Source: Candidatus Dojkabacteria bacterium (lineage in GTDB: Bacteria > Patescibacteriota > Dojkabacteria > B142 > OLB20). Taken from it: a stretch of DNA of 64,000 nucleotides. The DNA is taken from contig JBHHUN010000005.1 of assembly GCA_046753765.1 (NCBI GenBank), forward strand, positions 4,430 through 68,429, read 5' to 3'. The position numbers and the translations under genes are program-made. Below are positions 45,351 to 56,700 of the stretch, in pieces (position 1 is the first letter of the stretch; each line of letters starts with the position of its first letter). The notes under the pieces were generated by a model that was given only the letters and a program-made list of their open reading frames with translations, did no database searches and was not told the origin of the DNA.

Positions 45351-46365
45351 ACAGGAAAAGATTACAGATAAGCATATTTGGGAGGAGTTTATCACTTCAA
45401 GTGGACTCCCTACCTCTTTTTTTCAGTCCTGGAACTGGGGGGAGTTTGAGAAAGAGAGGGGCTCCAAAATCCACAGACTCGGCTTTTACGATGCAGGTGA
45501 TCTGATCGGGATTGGTCTGGCCATCGAAACAGATGCAAAACGTGGACGGTATCTCCATTTCAGGAACGGGCCTGTGATTAACTGGAAAGATGACTTCTCT
45601 GCGCACGAGATTATGGGGCACATTTATAAGTATGGCAAAAAAGAGGGCGTTGATTTCATTCGTATCAGTCCACTTGTTGAGCCTGGAGCCATTGGTCAAT
45701 TCGTGATTAAGGGTTCAAATTACACAGAAAGTCAGATGCACGACGTTGATGCTGAGATCACATGGATGCTCGATCTGACTCAGCCACTTGGGAAAATCCA
45801 GGAGAATATGCGCAAGAATACACGCTACTATATCCGCAAGGCTGAGCGCGATGGTGTTGAAATAACGAGTACAACTGATGTTAAATACCTAAACGATTTC
45901 TGGAAGATCTATCAGGATACGGTAAAAAGGCAAAAGTGGACTGCATATAGCTTCGACTATATCAGAACTGAGTTCGAGAGGTTTAGCAGGGACAACCAGG
46001 CAAAACTGTATCTTGCGAAATATAAGGGGGCGTTTATTGCAGGCGCAATCTTCATCTATCACAACAATCAGGCCTACTACCATCATTCAGGAAGCCTGAC
46101 CAAGTACCGAAAGCTGTCCGCGCCTTACCTGCTGCAGTGGGAGTCGATTAAGGATGCCAAAAAGAGAGGATTAAAGCTTTATAACTTCTTTGGCATTGCC
46201 CGCGACGACAACCCCAACCACCCGTGGCACGGCCTTACCTTTTTTAAGAAGGGGTTCGGAGGGTGTGAACAGAGGTGGATTCATGCAAAGGACCTACCAC
46301 TGAAATTCCGTTACTGGCTCACGAATTTTTATGAGAGGTTGGAGAGGAAGAAGAGGGGTTACTAG
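45343..46365 (+). CDS. FemAB/FemX (MurM-like) tRNA-dependent peptidoglycan aminoacyltransferase
   Basis: FFQSWNWGEF, GPVI, MRKNTRYYIRKA, APYLLQW, YNFFG, GLTFFKKGFGG. Confidence 0.93.
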   Translation: MIEQEKITDKHIWEEFITSSGLPTSFFQSWNWGEFEKERGSKIHRLGFYDAGDLIGIGLAIETDAKRGRYLHFRNGPVINWKDDFSAHEIMGHIYKYGKKEGVDFIRISPLVEPGAIGQFVIKGSNYTESQMHDVDAEITWMLDLTQPLGKIQENMRKNTRYYIRKAERDGVEITSTTDVKYLNDFWKIYQDTVKRQKWTAYSFDYIRTEFERFSRDNQAKLYLAKYKGAFIAGAIFIYHNNQAYYHHSGSLTKYRKLSAPYLLQWESIKDAKKRGLKLYNFFGIARDDNPNHPWHGLTFFKKGFGGCEQRWIHAKDLPLKFRYWLTNFYERLERKKRGY

Positions 46366-46384
46366 TATAGCTTGAGCTACAGGG

Positions 46385-46987
46385 TTGCTTTTACATGTTC
46401 CCGTGCAGGCAGCATGGACGTACGGTGATGATTATCCATATCCAAACGGGTCTGGTGTTGATCCCTGGAATATGTATATTAGACAGTGCACTTCTTACTC
46501 CGCTCACAAGGCAGATCAGATAATCGGGAACTTCAATAATCAAATGGAAGGACCAAATGGTACTTCCGGTACGTTTGGGAATGCAAAGAATTGGGATGAA
46601 AATGCAACTTCTATAGGATTCCCCGTGCTAACTTCACCGAAGGTGGGTACGATTACGTCTGTATACCAGAATAAAGAAGGCGCAGGAAACTACGGACACG
46701 TTGCATACATAGAAACCGTGCATACTAATGGGAAGTTTGATCTCTCAGAGTACAATTGGTGGCCTAATTCCCGGTCTTACAATGAAAGGTATAACCGCCA
46801 GAACTCACAGTGGTATACTTTCATTGACTTTGGAGGTGGCTCATGTAGTCCTTCCCCAAATCAGGATTGGATCATTACATCAGACTGTGAAATAACAAGC
46901 AATATTAACTTCGACTTTACAAATTACAAAATAGTTATTCAGAATGGAGCAAAACTTGACATCACAAACGGAGCGAAAATCTACTAA
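46385..46987 (+). CDS. CHAP-domain peptidoglycan hydrolase (N-terminus apparently truncated)
   Basis: DPWNMY.RQCTSY, GNAKNW, YGHVAYIE, SEYNW; only the tail of a signal peptide (LLHVPVQA) remains. Confidence 0.85.
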   Translation: MLLHVPVQAAWTYGDDYPYPNGSGVDPWNMYIRQCTSYSAHKADQIIGNFNNQMEGPNGTSGTFGNAKNWDENATSIGFPVLTSPKVGTITSVYQNKEGAGNYGHVAYIETVHTNGKFDLSEYNWWPNSRSYNERYNRQNSQWYTFIDFGGGSCSPSPNQDWIITSDCEITSNINFDFTNYKIVIQNGAKLDITNGAKIY

Positions 46988-47651
46988 GAAGACAATTAAA
47001 GTCCCGGTAATAATAATTGGGGTAGCAATCATCCTTTCCATCAGCGTAGTATTCGTGCTTGCACGAAAGGGGTTTGAGGGCTTAGATCAAACTCCAACTA
47101 CGAGCTCTGTTACTTCAGCCCCTACCTTGACCGAAACCCCTTCATCCACACCGGACAGAGTAGTTATGACTCAATATGATTATTCAGATATATATGCCGA
47201 CTATCACACGGATTCGAAAATTATATTTGAATTTCCCACAAGCGCAGAAATTAATTCCGAAGCAAGGGTACTCAACGTGGCAATAGATCATGTGATTACT
47301 CTCGAAACAGGAGAAGTAGTCTTGCTAGATTTGAATGGGACAGCTTCGAACAAGATTCAAGAGGAGCTAGAATTCAAGATGGATGAGTACTACAGGATAG
47401 ACCCCCAGAATCCTGATGGGCCAATCAAAGTGAATAACAATTCGAACTACCAGGCAGTTGTCACTAATTCAGGTGTCAATAAGTACGGAAGTCGCTACAA
47501 ACAATTCTCAATCGACAAAGACAGTTTAGTAACTATTTTTGAATTTCCTAGAGATGACGATAAAGGCAGTTGGTACATATACCTTAGTATTGATTCCCTG
47601 GAACCCCCCGAAGAGTACCAACTCATATTTGACTCAATTAGAGAAGAATAA
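46944..47651 (+). CDS. Hypothetical membrane-anchored protein
   Basis: TM, Pro/Thr/Ser linker, PsbP-like C-terminus (IFDSIR). Confidence 0.65.
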   Translation: MEQNLTSQTERKSTKKTIKVPVIIIGVAIILSISVVFVLARKGFEGLDQTPTTSSVTSAPTLTETPSSTPDRVVMTQYDYSDIYADYHTDSKIIFEFPTSAEINSEARVLNVAIDHVITLETGEVVLLDLNGTASNKIQEELEFKMDEYYRIDPQNPDGPIKVNNNSNYQAVVTNSGVNKYGSRYKQFSIDKDSLVTIFEFPRDDDKGSWYIYLSIDSLEPPEEYQLIFDSIREE

Positions 47652-47737
47652 GGAAGAACTAGCCAGAACTCACAACCTGCTGACACACCACCTCCCCTGA
47701 TGCTACAATTCACCAGCTAATCTAACGATCACATATC

Positions 47738-49231
47738 TTGGCACACGTAAGAACACGTTTTGCACCAAGCCCCACAGGCTCACTGCATATCGGTGGCATC
47801 CGGACAGCCCTCTACGCTTATGCTATGGCAAAAAAGCACGGTGGTGAGTTTGTGCTGCGAATAGAAGACACCGATCGCAATCGCTACGTTAAAGGCGCAG
47901 AAGAGGAGATCTTTGCTGTCCTTGAAGCGTACGGTCTTATCCCCGATGAAAGCACTAACCACGAAGGCAAGTTTGGCCCATATCGTCAATCTGACAGAAA
48001 AGAGGTCTATCTGAAGTATGCTCGCAAACTCGTAGAAAACGGTCACGCATATTATAGTTTCGAAACTAAAGAGGACCTTGATCAAATAAGAAAAAGGGCG
48101 ATGGAGAACAACGAAAGAGTTGTATATCGCTCATCTTACAGAGACCTCCCATTAGAGAAGGCGCTCGCAAAGGTGGAAGCAGGAGAAGAATACGTAATAA
48201 GGCAGAAGATGCCTGAGGGCGAAGAGGTCACTTACGTTGATCCCCTTCAGGGAAAGATGGCCTTCAAAACTGATGAGGTAGACGAAGGCGTGCTTCTAAA
48301 ATCCGACGGACTGCCGACATACCATCTAGCAGTTGTAGTTGATGATCACCTGATGCAGATAACACACGCATTCCGCGGGGTAGAGTGGATATCTAGCCTG
48401 CCAAAGCATATCTTGTTGTATAAAGCCTTCGGCTGGGAGATGCCGCAGTACGTGCATCTTTCACTCATACTCGACCCTGGCGGCGGAAAGCTCTCAAAAC
48501 GAAAAGGCACAGTTGCCGCTGGTACTTTCCTGGAAGAAGGCTATCTTCCCGAGGCGATGCTCAACTTCCTGATGCTTCTAGGCTGGTCGTCACCCGAAGA
48601 GCGAAAGCATGGCGAGCAAGAAAGAGAGCTATTCTCGCTGGATGAATTTGTTGAGATGTTTTCGATTGACGGCCTTAATAAGAGTAGCCCAACCTTCGAT
48701 AGAGAGAAGCTGCTTTGGTTTAACTCAAACTATCTGCAAAAAGCGGACACGAAAAAACTCGCAGAAGCCTTTATTAGTTGGCTGGAACGATACGCGAATG
48801 ATCCGGAGCTCTTGAAACTGATCGAAGAGAAAGACACGGACTTTCTTGAGAGGATATTGGTACTCGAACAACAGAGGGTCAAACTTCTCTCAGAGCTTCC
48901 CGGAGCGATAATGCTGTTTTATGGCCGCCCCGAGAAAGTGAGCCTGGACAAAGTTAAGCGTCTTAAAAAACTACCCCCTGAGATGGGGGACAAGATATTC
49001 ACTGAGTTTCTTGGAAAGCTTGCAGCACACGAGAGTTTCACAGATTGGGACCAGGAAAACTGGGAGCAGGATGTGAGAAGTATTGCAGATGGCCTAAAGC
49101 TTAAAGCGGGAGAGGTTTTTATGACGCTCCGCATCGGCGTAACCAGTTCAGATGTATCACCACCACTTTATGAAACAATGGAGATCCTTGGAAAAGAAGA
49201 GGTAACTGAGCGCTTAAAGCGATATCTTTAG
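47738..49231 (+). CDS. gltX: Glutamate--tRNA ligase
   Basis: VRTRFAPSPTG, HIGG, RIEDTD, KLSKR; TTG start. Confidence 0.98.
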   Translation: MAHVRTRFAPSPTGSLHIGGIRTALYAYAMAKKHGGEFVLRIEDTDRNRYVKGAEEEIFAVLEAYGLIPDESTNHEGKFGPYRQSDRKEVYLKYARKLVENGHAYYSFETKEDLDQIRKRAMENNERVVYRSSYRDLPLEKALAKVEAGEEYVIRQKMPEGEEVTYVDPLQGKMAFKTDEVDEGVLLKSDGLPTYHLAVVVDDHLMQITHAFRGVEWISSLPKHILLYKAFGWEMPQYVHLSLILDPGGGKLSKRKGTVAAGTFLEEGYLPEAMLNFLMLLGWSSPEERKHGEQERELFSLDEFVEMFSIDGLNKSSPTFDREKLLWFNSNYLQKADTKKLAEAFISWLERYANDPELLKLIEEKDTDFLERILVLEQQRVKLLSELPGAIMLFYGRPEKVSLDKVKRLKKLPPEMGDKIFTEFLGKLAAHESFTDWDQENWEQDVRSIADGLKLKAGEVFMTLRIGVTSSDVSPPLYETMEILGKEEVTERLKRYL

Positions 49232-50983
49232 ATGAAGTATCCTATTGGACTTATCACCGCCCTGATTTTTTTCACCGTCTCGGCTGTTGCAGCTCCGGTT
49301 GCAGCACAGAAGGCCACGGTCGAAAGCATCTCCACCGAAGTGACTTTTCACACCGACCTCACAGCATACGTTTCAACCACTCTCAAGCTTAAAAACAGGT
49401 CCGATCAGTATCTCCTTTCAGAGATTGCGTTTACTCTCCCAAGATCACCGCAAAATTTCAAGGCCAGGATAGACGACAGGTCAGTCTCCGCCGATATTAA
49501 AGGAAAAAAGGTTAATCTTAACCTTGGGTCTGGATCTATCGAGCTCAATCAAAAGGGGACGCTCGAGCTTGAGTATCAGTTGAAGGGTCTGGTTGAAGAC
49601 TTCGGAGTGATTAAAAGAATGAGTTGGCCCACAACAAGTTTCGCCCCTAAAAGAGGGGAACTTGGAAAGCTTGTGCAGAAAATCTCTTACCCATCAGAAT
49701 GGGGAGAGCTCACCTACAAATCAGGACAGCTCGAGAGTGAGCCTGGCATAGACGGTTTCACCTCTTTTTCTTCTACCACTGATGAAACGCTCAGTCTCGT
49801 TGCAGGTGGGTATACAAACGCAGAGCTCAGTATGGGTTGGCGGATCACTAATCAATTAGATGAGAGTATACGATTCAGGGTACCAGTTCCCGGAGAAAGT
49901 GTAGGGATGTTTAAGTTGGATAGCTATGAAGGTGCCAAGAGCGGTTTCATGGATGAAGAACAAAACAAGTTCCTGACTCTACATCTTGACTCAAATGTTG
50001 TGGCAGAGGGGAACTTCTCGGGAGTGTTTGGCAAAACAGGGTTTATGTTTAATGGAGAGGGAGATGGGCTTGTGCCCGACGGATTTCAGACAGACTGGCA
50101 ACAACTTGGAATCACAAAAGAAGATGCCGAAGGGATCTACAAAAAAATCTTAGAGAAACTTCACCCCAGTTTGATAAATAAGTTTAAAACGAGAAGCAAT
50201 GTGGCGGGCAGCCTATCAAAAGACGAGCACGACTCCCTCGATTACTCTAACCTGCTTGTTGCAGCGCTGCGTGGAAATGGAATCCAGTCAGAGATAGTTT
50301 TTGGTCTGGTGAACTTTCCTACAGACCAGACATACCATTGGCACTACTGGGTGGTTTATCGCGAAGGTAATCAGTGGAACCAGATAGATCCATTTCTCGA
50401 GGACCTCTCAGGCTTCGACTACTTCACACAGATTGATCAGCTGCGAATTCCCTGGGGTACAGTACCAAAAGACAATTCGACTGACAGCCTCGGCTTTAAT
50501 CATCTTGGGCTCACTAAAGATATCAAGTTTGATCCACCTGTAGTTGAGGGGGCTCAGCCCGACAGTGCAAAAGTCTTTGCATTGCTCGAGCTAACGGGAA
50601 ACGCGTACTCAGGGCAACCTCTCCCCCTGTTGCTTAGGGTAGTAAATGGCAGCAATGTGCCAGTTTCCTTAAGTGATATCTCAATCGAAAATGTGAAAGT
50701 TGCAACAGATGAAATTAACAGCTTCTGGATCATACCTCACACATCACAGCTCATTCAGGTTGATGAAATCAGTGTTAGTGATCCATTTTTCACTGGGGAG
50801 AAAACTGTCTCCGGTAGTATGAAAGTGCAACTGGATGATGAGACAAGGGTTCTGGATATCAGCCTCCCCCTTGATATTCAAGTGAATTATCAGATGCTTA
50901 GTGTGAATCTACTCATCCTTTTCCTTCTCTTAATTCTCGCTTCCGTCTTTGCCCGAAAAAGATTTCTCAATAAGGGGTTCTAA
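49232..50983 (+). CDS. Secreted transglutaminase-like domain protein with C-terminal TM (catalytic Cys replaced by Ser)
   Basis: DSLDYSNLLVAALRGNGIQS..VFG...HYWVVY...WNQIDP aligns to the CxDYAxL...GIPAR...HAW...W..DPT core. Confidence 0.8.
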   Translation: MKYPIGLITALIFFTVSAVAAPVAAQKATVESISTEVTFHTDLTAYVSTTLKLKNRSDQYLLSEIAFTLPRSPQNFKARIDDRSVSADIKGKKVNLNLGSGSIELNQKGTLELEYQLKGLVEDFGVIKRMSWPTTSFAPKRGELGKLVQKISYPSEWGELTYKSGQLESEPGIDGFTSFSSTTDETLSLVAGGYTNAELSMGWRITNQLDESIRFRVPVPGESVGMFKLDSYEGAKSGFMDEEQNKFLTLHLDSNVVAEGNFSGVFGKTGFMFNGEGDGLVPDGFQTDWQQLGITKEDAEGIYKKILEKLHPSLINKFKTRSNVAGSLSKDEHDSLDYSNLLVAALRGNGIQSEIVFGLVNFPTDQTYHWHYWVVYREGNQWNQIDPFLEDLSGFDYFTQIDQLRIPWGTVPKDNSTDSLGFNHLGLTKDIKFDPPVVEGAQPDSAKVFALLELTGNAYSGQPLPLLLRVVNGSNVPVSLSDISIENVKVATDEINSFWIIPHTSQLIQVDEISVSDPFFTGEKTVSGSMKVQLDDETRVLDISLPLDIQVNYQMLSVNLLILFLLLILASVFARKRFLNKGF

Positions 50984-51039
50984 AAAGTTGAACGTAATTC
51001 TTAAAGTGGCCAAAAACTTTACTTACCGCTGTATTTGTA

Positions 51040-51068
51040 TTGACAGAATTTGTTGTTTGAAACATAAT
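51040..51068 (+). promoter_or_regulatory. Sigma70 promoter for the PEP-synthase-like gene
   Basis: TTGACA-17 nt-CATAAT, 26 nt before ATG 51095. Confidence 0.7.
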
Positions 51069-51094
51069 AGAATTAGTGTTTTTACTGTCCTAAT

Positions 51095-53692
51095 ATGGTA
51101 GGGAAGCCCAAGCAGTACGTAGTAAGTCTGTCACAGATCGATAAAGATGGCTCGAAGTTAGTAGGCGAAAGGGCCTTGTTACTGCGAGAGGTATCCGGCC
51201 ATGGCATTCCCGTTCCCTCCAGTTTTGTAATTACAACAGAAGCTTTCGACGACTTCATTATCGCTAACGACCTTGTTAGTTTTATCTCTGCGCATATCAA
51301 CGAAGTGGACTATACGAGCGAAAAGTCAGTTAGAAAAACTGCCAGCGCAATACAGTCAGCCATCGTTGAGGCAAAGGTGCCGGATCTTATTAAAAGTCCA
51401 CTTGAAAAGGTGTATTCCGGTATAGGAGGTCTGTTTGACGCCTTTGTCACCGTGCGGACATCTCCGGTTTTTCGCGAGCTGGATGAGGTTAACTACCACG
51501 AGCCCTACATAATCAACAATGTTAAGGGCAAGGGACACCTGCTCGACACTGCAAAAGAGCTCTGGGCAAGAATGTTTTCTCCTGAAGCACTGCTGTTCAG
51601 GGCAGCGCTTGGCTATGAGGGATCCATCACACAGGCACTGCTTGTCCAAAAGATGGTACAGGCAGAAGTATCAGGCAAAGTTTTTAGTGTTAACCCCGCG
51701 AATAACGACAAAGATGTCATTGAGGTTCAGGCAATTTTGGGCGTTAATGACCCCCAGGTATCTGCGGATCTGGTCCCCGACAGTTACTTTTACAACAAGC
51801 AGACAGAAGAGATTATTGAGAAAAAGATAGTTGGTCAGGATAACATGGTAGTCCGCAGAGGTCGAAGTCAAAATGGGAGTCCCAACACAAAAGTGGCGAT
51901 ATCTGAAATCTGGCAGAAAAAGCAAAAGATAGATGACCGCAACATAATTAATCTTGGTAGAATTACAAGTTTACTTGAACAGCTGTATAAGTCGGAGATA
52001 GAGATCGATTTTGCATTTGAGGCGGGAAGGCTCCAAGTGATCGAGATTACACCGATTGAAAAGGCAAGGACTGCCCGGAAGCTCAACATAGTAGAAGACC
52101 AGCTTCGACCGATCGTTGAGAAGTACCCGTCTATGGGGCAGAAGGTAAAACCTAGAAAACGAAATGTCAAAACAGCAGAAACTCCTGCAAAGGAGTCTGA
52201 TACGCCCAAGCAAAAAGAGAAAACGATGGATGATTATGTGAAAGAGGTTGAGAAAGCTCAGCAGGATGCACCGCTGCATCAGGAAAAACCAGATGGTGAT
52301 GTTAAATACGTCGGCGAAAAGATTGTGGTTGTTGTGAAGCCAAAGGATGAGCTTGACCAGATACTTGAAGGAACTGGCTGGGGAAAAGGGTTAAGCTTCG
52401 GTCTTGCACATTTTATATTGCAGGATGTTGACTGGCTTGGCCTTACAGGAGACGAGATTTTAGTAATTGAACGGTTGGACAAAAAACACTTGCAAGCAGT
52501 TAATAAATCAAAGGGCGTTGTCTTGAAGAGCGTGTTGAAAGAAGAAGAGTTACAGCTTATTAAAGTCCCAGTTCTCCACTCGGTGGACAAAGCGATGAAC
52601 GTGCTGCGCGAGAATGAGGTTATAACACTGGATCCTGAGGCTGGAGCTATCTACCTTGGTGCCGGGAAAGAACTTTCGGAGCAGCCTGAATCAGGTATAG
52701 ATCAGTCGGTTGCGACCGAAGGTGAAGGGGCGAAGGCAGAGAAAACGGCGCTGTTCCCCCGCCCGGTGATCCAGGAGGTAGTAGCGGAGCAGAAAAACGT
52801 CATAGAGACAACAGGTAAATTCTGGCAGATTTACAGTCCAGATGACCCCAAAGTTGAGCTACTCCATAGCAACGGAATGTTTATTGATCTCTCAAGATTT
52901 TACAAATCAGCGGGCTTGAGCCCCGAATACCTCCTGAGTGAACCGGATCAGCGCAGGGGATTTATGAAGAGTGTGATAACAGTTCTGGTACCCATGCTTC
53001 AGCAGCTCGAAAACAGGCAGGCAATACTGCAGGCAAGTGATATTCCACTCGAGGAGTTAAAACATCTAAAAGGCAGTGACCGCATGAACTACGATCATCG
53101 CTTTCTGTCAGGTGCTGGCAAGTTTGCAGCTGATCCAAATCTACTAAACATGGAGCTTGAGATACTGAGTATCCTCCGTAACCGCGAGTCTCTTAGGAAT
53201 TTATGGTTTTCAATACCAAGAGTTAATACAGCAAGTGAGCTCTCCGAAACAAAGAAAATAGTTTCATCATATGGATTTAGAAGATCTTCAACCTTTAAAT
53301 TGCTGGCGACAGTTTCAACTTCTCTTTCGGCGGTGTCAATTAAATCTATCGTTGAGAATGATGTCGATGGAGTTATTTTCGACTATGACAGTATAATGGA
53401 GGATCTGCTTGGACGTGGTGAGTACGAAATCGATGATAACCTAACGAAATTTTTCACCTGGCTGATCGAGACAGTAAATACAAACAGGGCAAAACCGTAT
53501 CTGTTGAATCACAAATACAGAATAGAAAAAGCTGCCCTAAGAGGTATGCTTGAAAAAGGGCTGAACAATTTTATCTTGACAAGGGATCAACTTTATCCTC
53601 ATAAACTGCTAATATCGAGTCTGGAAGTAAAAAGGATAGGAGTTAAAAAGAAACGTGGCAGAAAGAAGAAAAGGATCGATTACGGGTTTTAA
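51095..53692 (+). CDS. PEP synthase (PpsA)-like protein with degenerate catalytic motifs
   Basis: GIPVPSSFVITTEAF, VQKMV..SG..F..NP, PDSY, ITLD..G.IY.G give the ATP-grasp/swivel/TIM-barrel architecture; catalytic motifs are absent. Confidence 0.85.
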   Translation: MVGKPKQYVVSLSQIDKDGSKLVGERALLLREVSGHGIPVPSSFVITTEAFDDFIIANDLVSFISAHINEVDYTSEKSVRKTASAIQSAIVEAKVPDLIKSPLEKVYSGIGGLFDAFVTVRTSPVFRELDEVNYHEPYIINNVKGKGHLLDTAKELWARMFSPEALLFRAALGYEGSITQALLVQKMVQAEVSGKVFSVNPANNDKDVIEVQAILGVNDPQVSADLVPDSYFYNKQTEEIIEKKIVGQDNMVVRRGRSQNGSPNTKVAISEIWQKKQKIDDRNIINLGRITSLLEQLYKSEIEIDFAFEAGRLQVIEITPIEKARTARKLNIVEDQLRPIVEKYPSMGQKVKPRKRNVKTAETPAKESDTPKQKEKTMDDYVKEVEKAQQDAPLHQEKPDGDVKYVGEKIVVVVKPKDELDQILEGTGWGKGLSFGLAHFILQDVDWLGLTGDEILVIERLDKKHLQAVNKSKGVVLKSVLKEEELQLIKVPVLHSVDKAMNVLRENEVITLDPEAGAIYLGAGKELSEQPESGIDQSVATEGEGAKAEKTALFPRPVIQEVVAEQKNVIETTGKFWQIYSPDDPKVELLHSNGMFIDLSRFYKSAGLSPEYLLSEPDQRRGFMKSVITVLVPMLQQLENRQAILQASDIPLEELKHLKGSDRMNYDHRFLSGAGKFAADPNLLNMELEILSILRNRESLRNLWFSIPRVNTASELSETKKIVSSYGFRRSSTFKLLATVSTSLSAVSIKSIVENDVDGVIFDYDSIMEDLLGRGEYEIDDNLTKFFTWLIETVNTNRAKPYLLNHKYRIEKAALRGMLEKGLNNFILTRDQLYPHKLLISSLEVKRIGVKKKRGRKKKRIDYGF

Positions 53693-53743
53693 TTTAAGTT
53701 AGAAAGAAGAATTCTGTATAATCCTTACATAACTGATAAAAGA

Positions 53744-56700
53744 ATGATGCGACTTAAAACTCTGGCCGTATACTTGCTGAGTGCCTTGATTGTGTTGGGC
53801 ACTAACGTTATCCTTCTTCCGGTAAATAATGTCTCTGCACAATCTGAACCGGATGGTGCCGAAGAAGTTTTAGATCGTGCCGATGAGTACGATCTCGACC
53901 ATCTGTTTGTCAAATACAAAAATAGCGATGAACCTCAGTTGGTAGAAGTTGATCCTGCAAGCAATGGTCAGATAACGGTATTTTCGGAGAGTAATAAGTA
54001 TGATGGCGACATCGTCGAAAAGCAAGAGCGGCTCGCCGATAAATTCAATCAGCTTCTCGATAACCCGAGAGTTGAATACGTTCAACCTCAATACATTTAT
54101 TCAATTGGAGCCTGGAGCCGAAGCGGGACACAGGATACACCAGACGATTTTGATACGACATCACCGTATAACCATTGGTACTACGACGCATCTAATGTTC
54201 GCGAGATGTGGCAGGATCAGGACTGTCAGGGGGGCGGTGCAGGTTGTGGTGGAGATTCAAATGCTACTGTTGCTGTAATTGATACTGGCTTGGCATACGA
54301 ATCCAGAACTTCGGCCTGGGGAGACAGCTTTGCCCCAAATGATGACATGTTCGGAGGCAGTAATATCAATCTTTATACCAATACTGCTGAAATCAATGGC
54401 GATGCGGGCACCAACTGTTTTGATGAGATAGACGATGATGGTAATGGTTTTGTCGATGATTGCTATGGTTTTAATTCAGCAGAATACATCTACTGTTCCT
54501 TCACTACATCCTGCACAACAACCCAGGAGGCAGAGATGGGTCATCCAAATGATGATGGTGGACACGGAACATACGTAACTGGTCTAATAGCTTCGTTGGT
54601 GGATAACAACCTGGGGAGTGTCTCTCCTGCACATAATGTGACGATAATGCCGATCAAAGCTTCGTTTTTCCACTCCGGCTCGTTTGGTTCTATGGAGCTG
54701 TGGTGGGCGATTGACTATGCAGTTAATCAAGGGGCAGATGTTATTAATCTGAGCCTTGCTGGCCCTACCTTTGATCAGGGGTTGTCCGATAAGCTCCAGT
54801 GGGCAAAAGATAATGGGGTGACAGTTGTGGCAGCAACTGGAAATACTAACTCCAGCGTTTACTATCCAGCAGCTTTTGACTCTGTTATTGCTGTAGGAGC
54901 GGTAAGGCCAAATGGAACCCGAGCTTTTTATTCCAACTATGGGACTGATATTGATATCACTGCCTATGTCGGGAATGGAGGGGGGATAGGGGATACTGTC
55001 TATCAACGGAGTTATACCTGTTTCTTCCTTAATCCGAACTGCTATTCAACAAACGCGTATACCACATTTTCAAATGGTTATGGAATCGGTACCTCTTATG
55101 CGTCACCACAAGTTGCAGCGATGGTCGCGTTAATAATTTCTGCCAAGCCATCGATCACCAGGCAGGGAATAGATAACCACTTATTTGGCGATGCGACAGA
55201 TCTTGGTACAGTTGGCTGGGATAATCAGACAGGGTGGGGAGTAATCGATTTTGAAAAGACGTACAAAAATGTTTCCAGCAATGGAGCACCCACTTTGGCA
55301 ATCCTTGAGCCAAATGGAGTAGGTGATACTGGAGATACGTCTTTTAATATTACGTGGACAGACAGTGACCCTGACGATGATGCGGTGATCAATTTCTACA
55401 GGGATAATGATGGCGCCGGATTTGATGGCGTATTGATAAGCGGATGTGATAACATTGCCCAGTCAGCTGCTTCGGATACATGCAAATTCGACACAAGACC
55501 GCTGCCAGCAGATGATTACTACATCTACGGTTGCATAACTGACTATGTTAATCCACTCGACTGTAGCTACGGCGGAGGACCTATCACAATATCTCACACC
55601 CCCATCAGGGAGTTTGGTTTAGCTGTTGTCAGTACCGATTGGGTGCCAATATCGTTTCAGAAGACATACAGTGATCCGCCAATAGTATTCGCAGAGGTAT
55701 CAAGCGAGAATGGAACCAACAAGATATTTGCAGACATTAGAAACGTTACTTCCGCGGGCTTCGAAGTCAGGATAGAGGAGAACACAATGTCGGGATGGAA
55801 TGGGATACACGGAAACGAGGATATAAGCTGGTACGCAGTTCAAAGCAATACAGGAGCAGAAAAAGTTGGTGAATCCGTGATAAATACTGACTGGGTGAGT
55901 ATTGACTTTCTGACATCCTTTGCCAGCATTCCAGAGCTATTCGTCATGGTGCAGTCAGAGAATGGTGGCAATATTGTTTATGCTGATGTTAGAAATGTGA
56001 GTACAACAGGATTCGATGTCAGACTCGAAGAGCCAGTCGGTTGGAACGGGCTCCATTCAGATGAATCGGTTGGGTGGATTGCGTTTGAAACAAATCCCGT
56101 AACAGGCGGGCAGGAGGGCAAAGCCACAACGGATCAGGATTGGAGTACAGTATCTTTTACTCCAGCTTTTTCCGAGCCACCAGTGTTAATAGTCTCTGTT
56201 GATACGGAAAATGAGGGGAATTACGTAAATGCGGATATTCGTAACCTGGATGCAAACGGATTTGAGTTTATGATGGAGGAAGATATCCTAATCCAGAATG
56301 GTATCCATGGAGATGAGACCGTGAGCTGGGCTGCGTTTCCACTGAGTACAATCAATTCACAATCCGGAACCGTATCTATAAATAGTAACTGGACAGAGAT
56401 ATATTTTCCACAATCATTTGAGTCAAAACCGAAAGTTTTTGTTGAGATAAATACAGAAAACGGACAAGACACAGCTGAGGTAGACATAAAAGATGTAATG
56501 CCGTATTCATTTACGGCCAGGATAGAAGAAGATAAGCTTGCGGGTTGGGGAGCTGGCGGACACACTACAGAAACCATCACATGGTACGCAATTTTAAATC
56601 CCGGTTCGGGTGAACAGGTTGGAAATAGCAGCGTAGACCACAATTGGAAGACCGTAACCTTTTCCTCACCGTTTACTTCTACTCCAAAAGTCTTTGCGGA

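Noticed and set aside
51095-53692. Rifampicin phosphotransferase
   Set aside because: Domain order is ATP-grasp, swivel, TIM barrel (PpsA type) and the catalytic His is missing.
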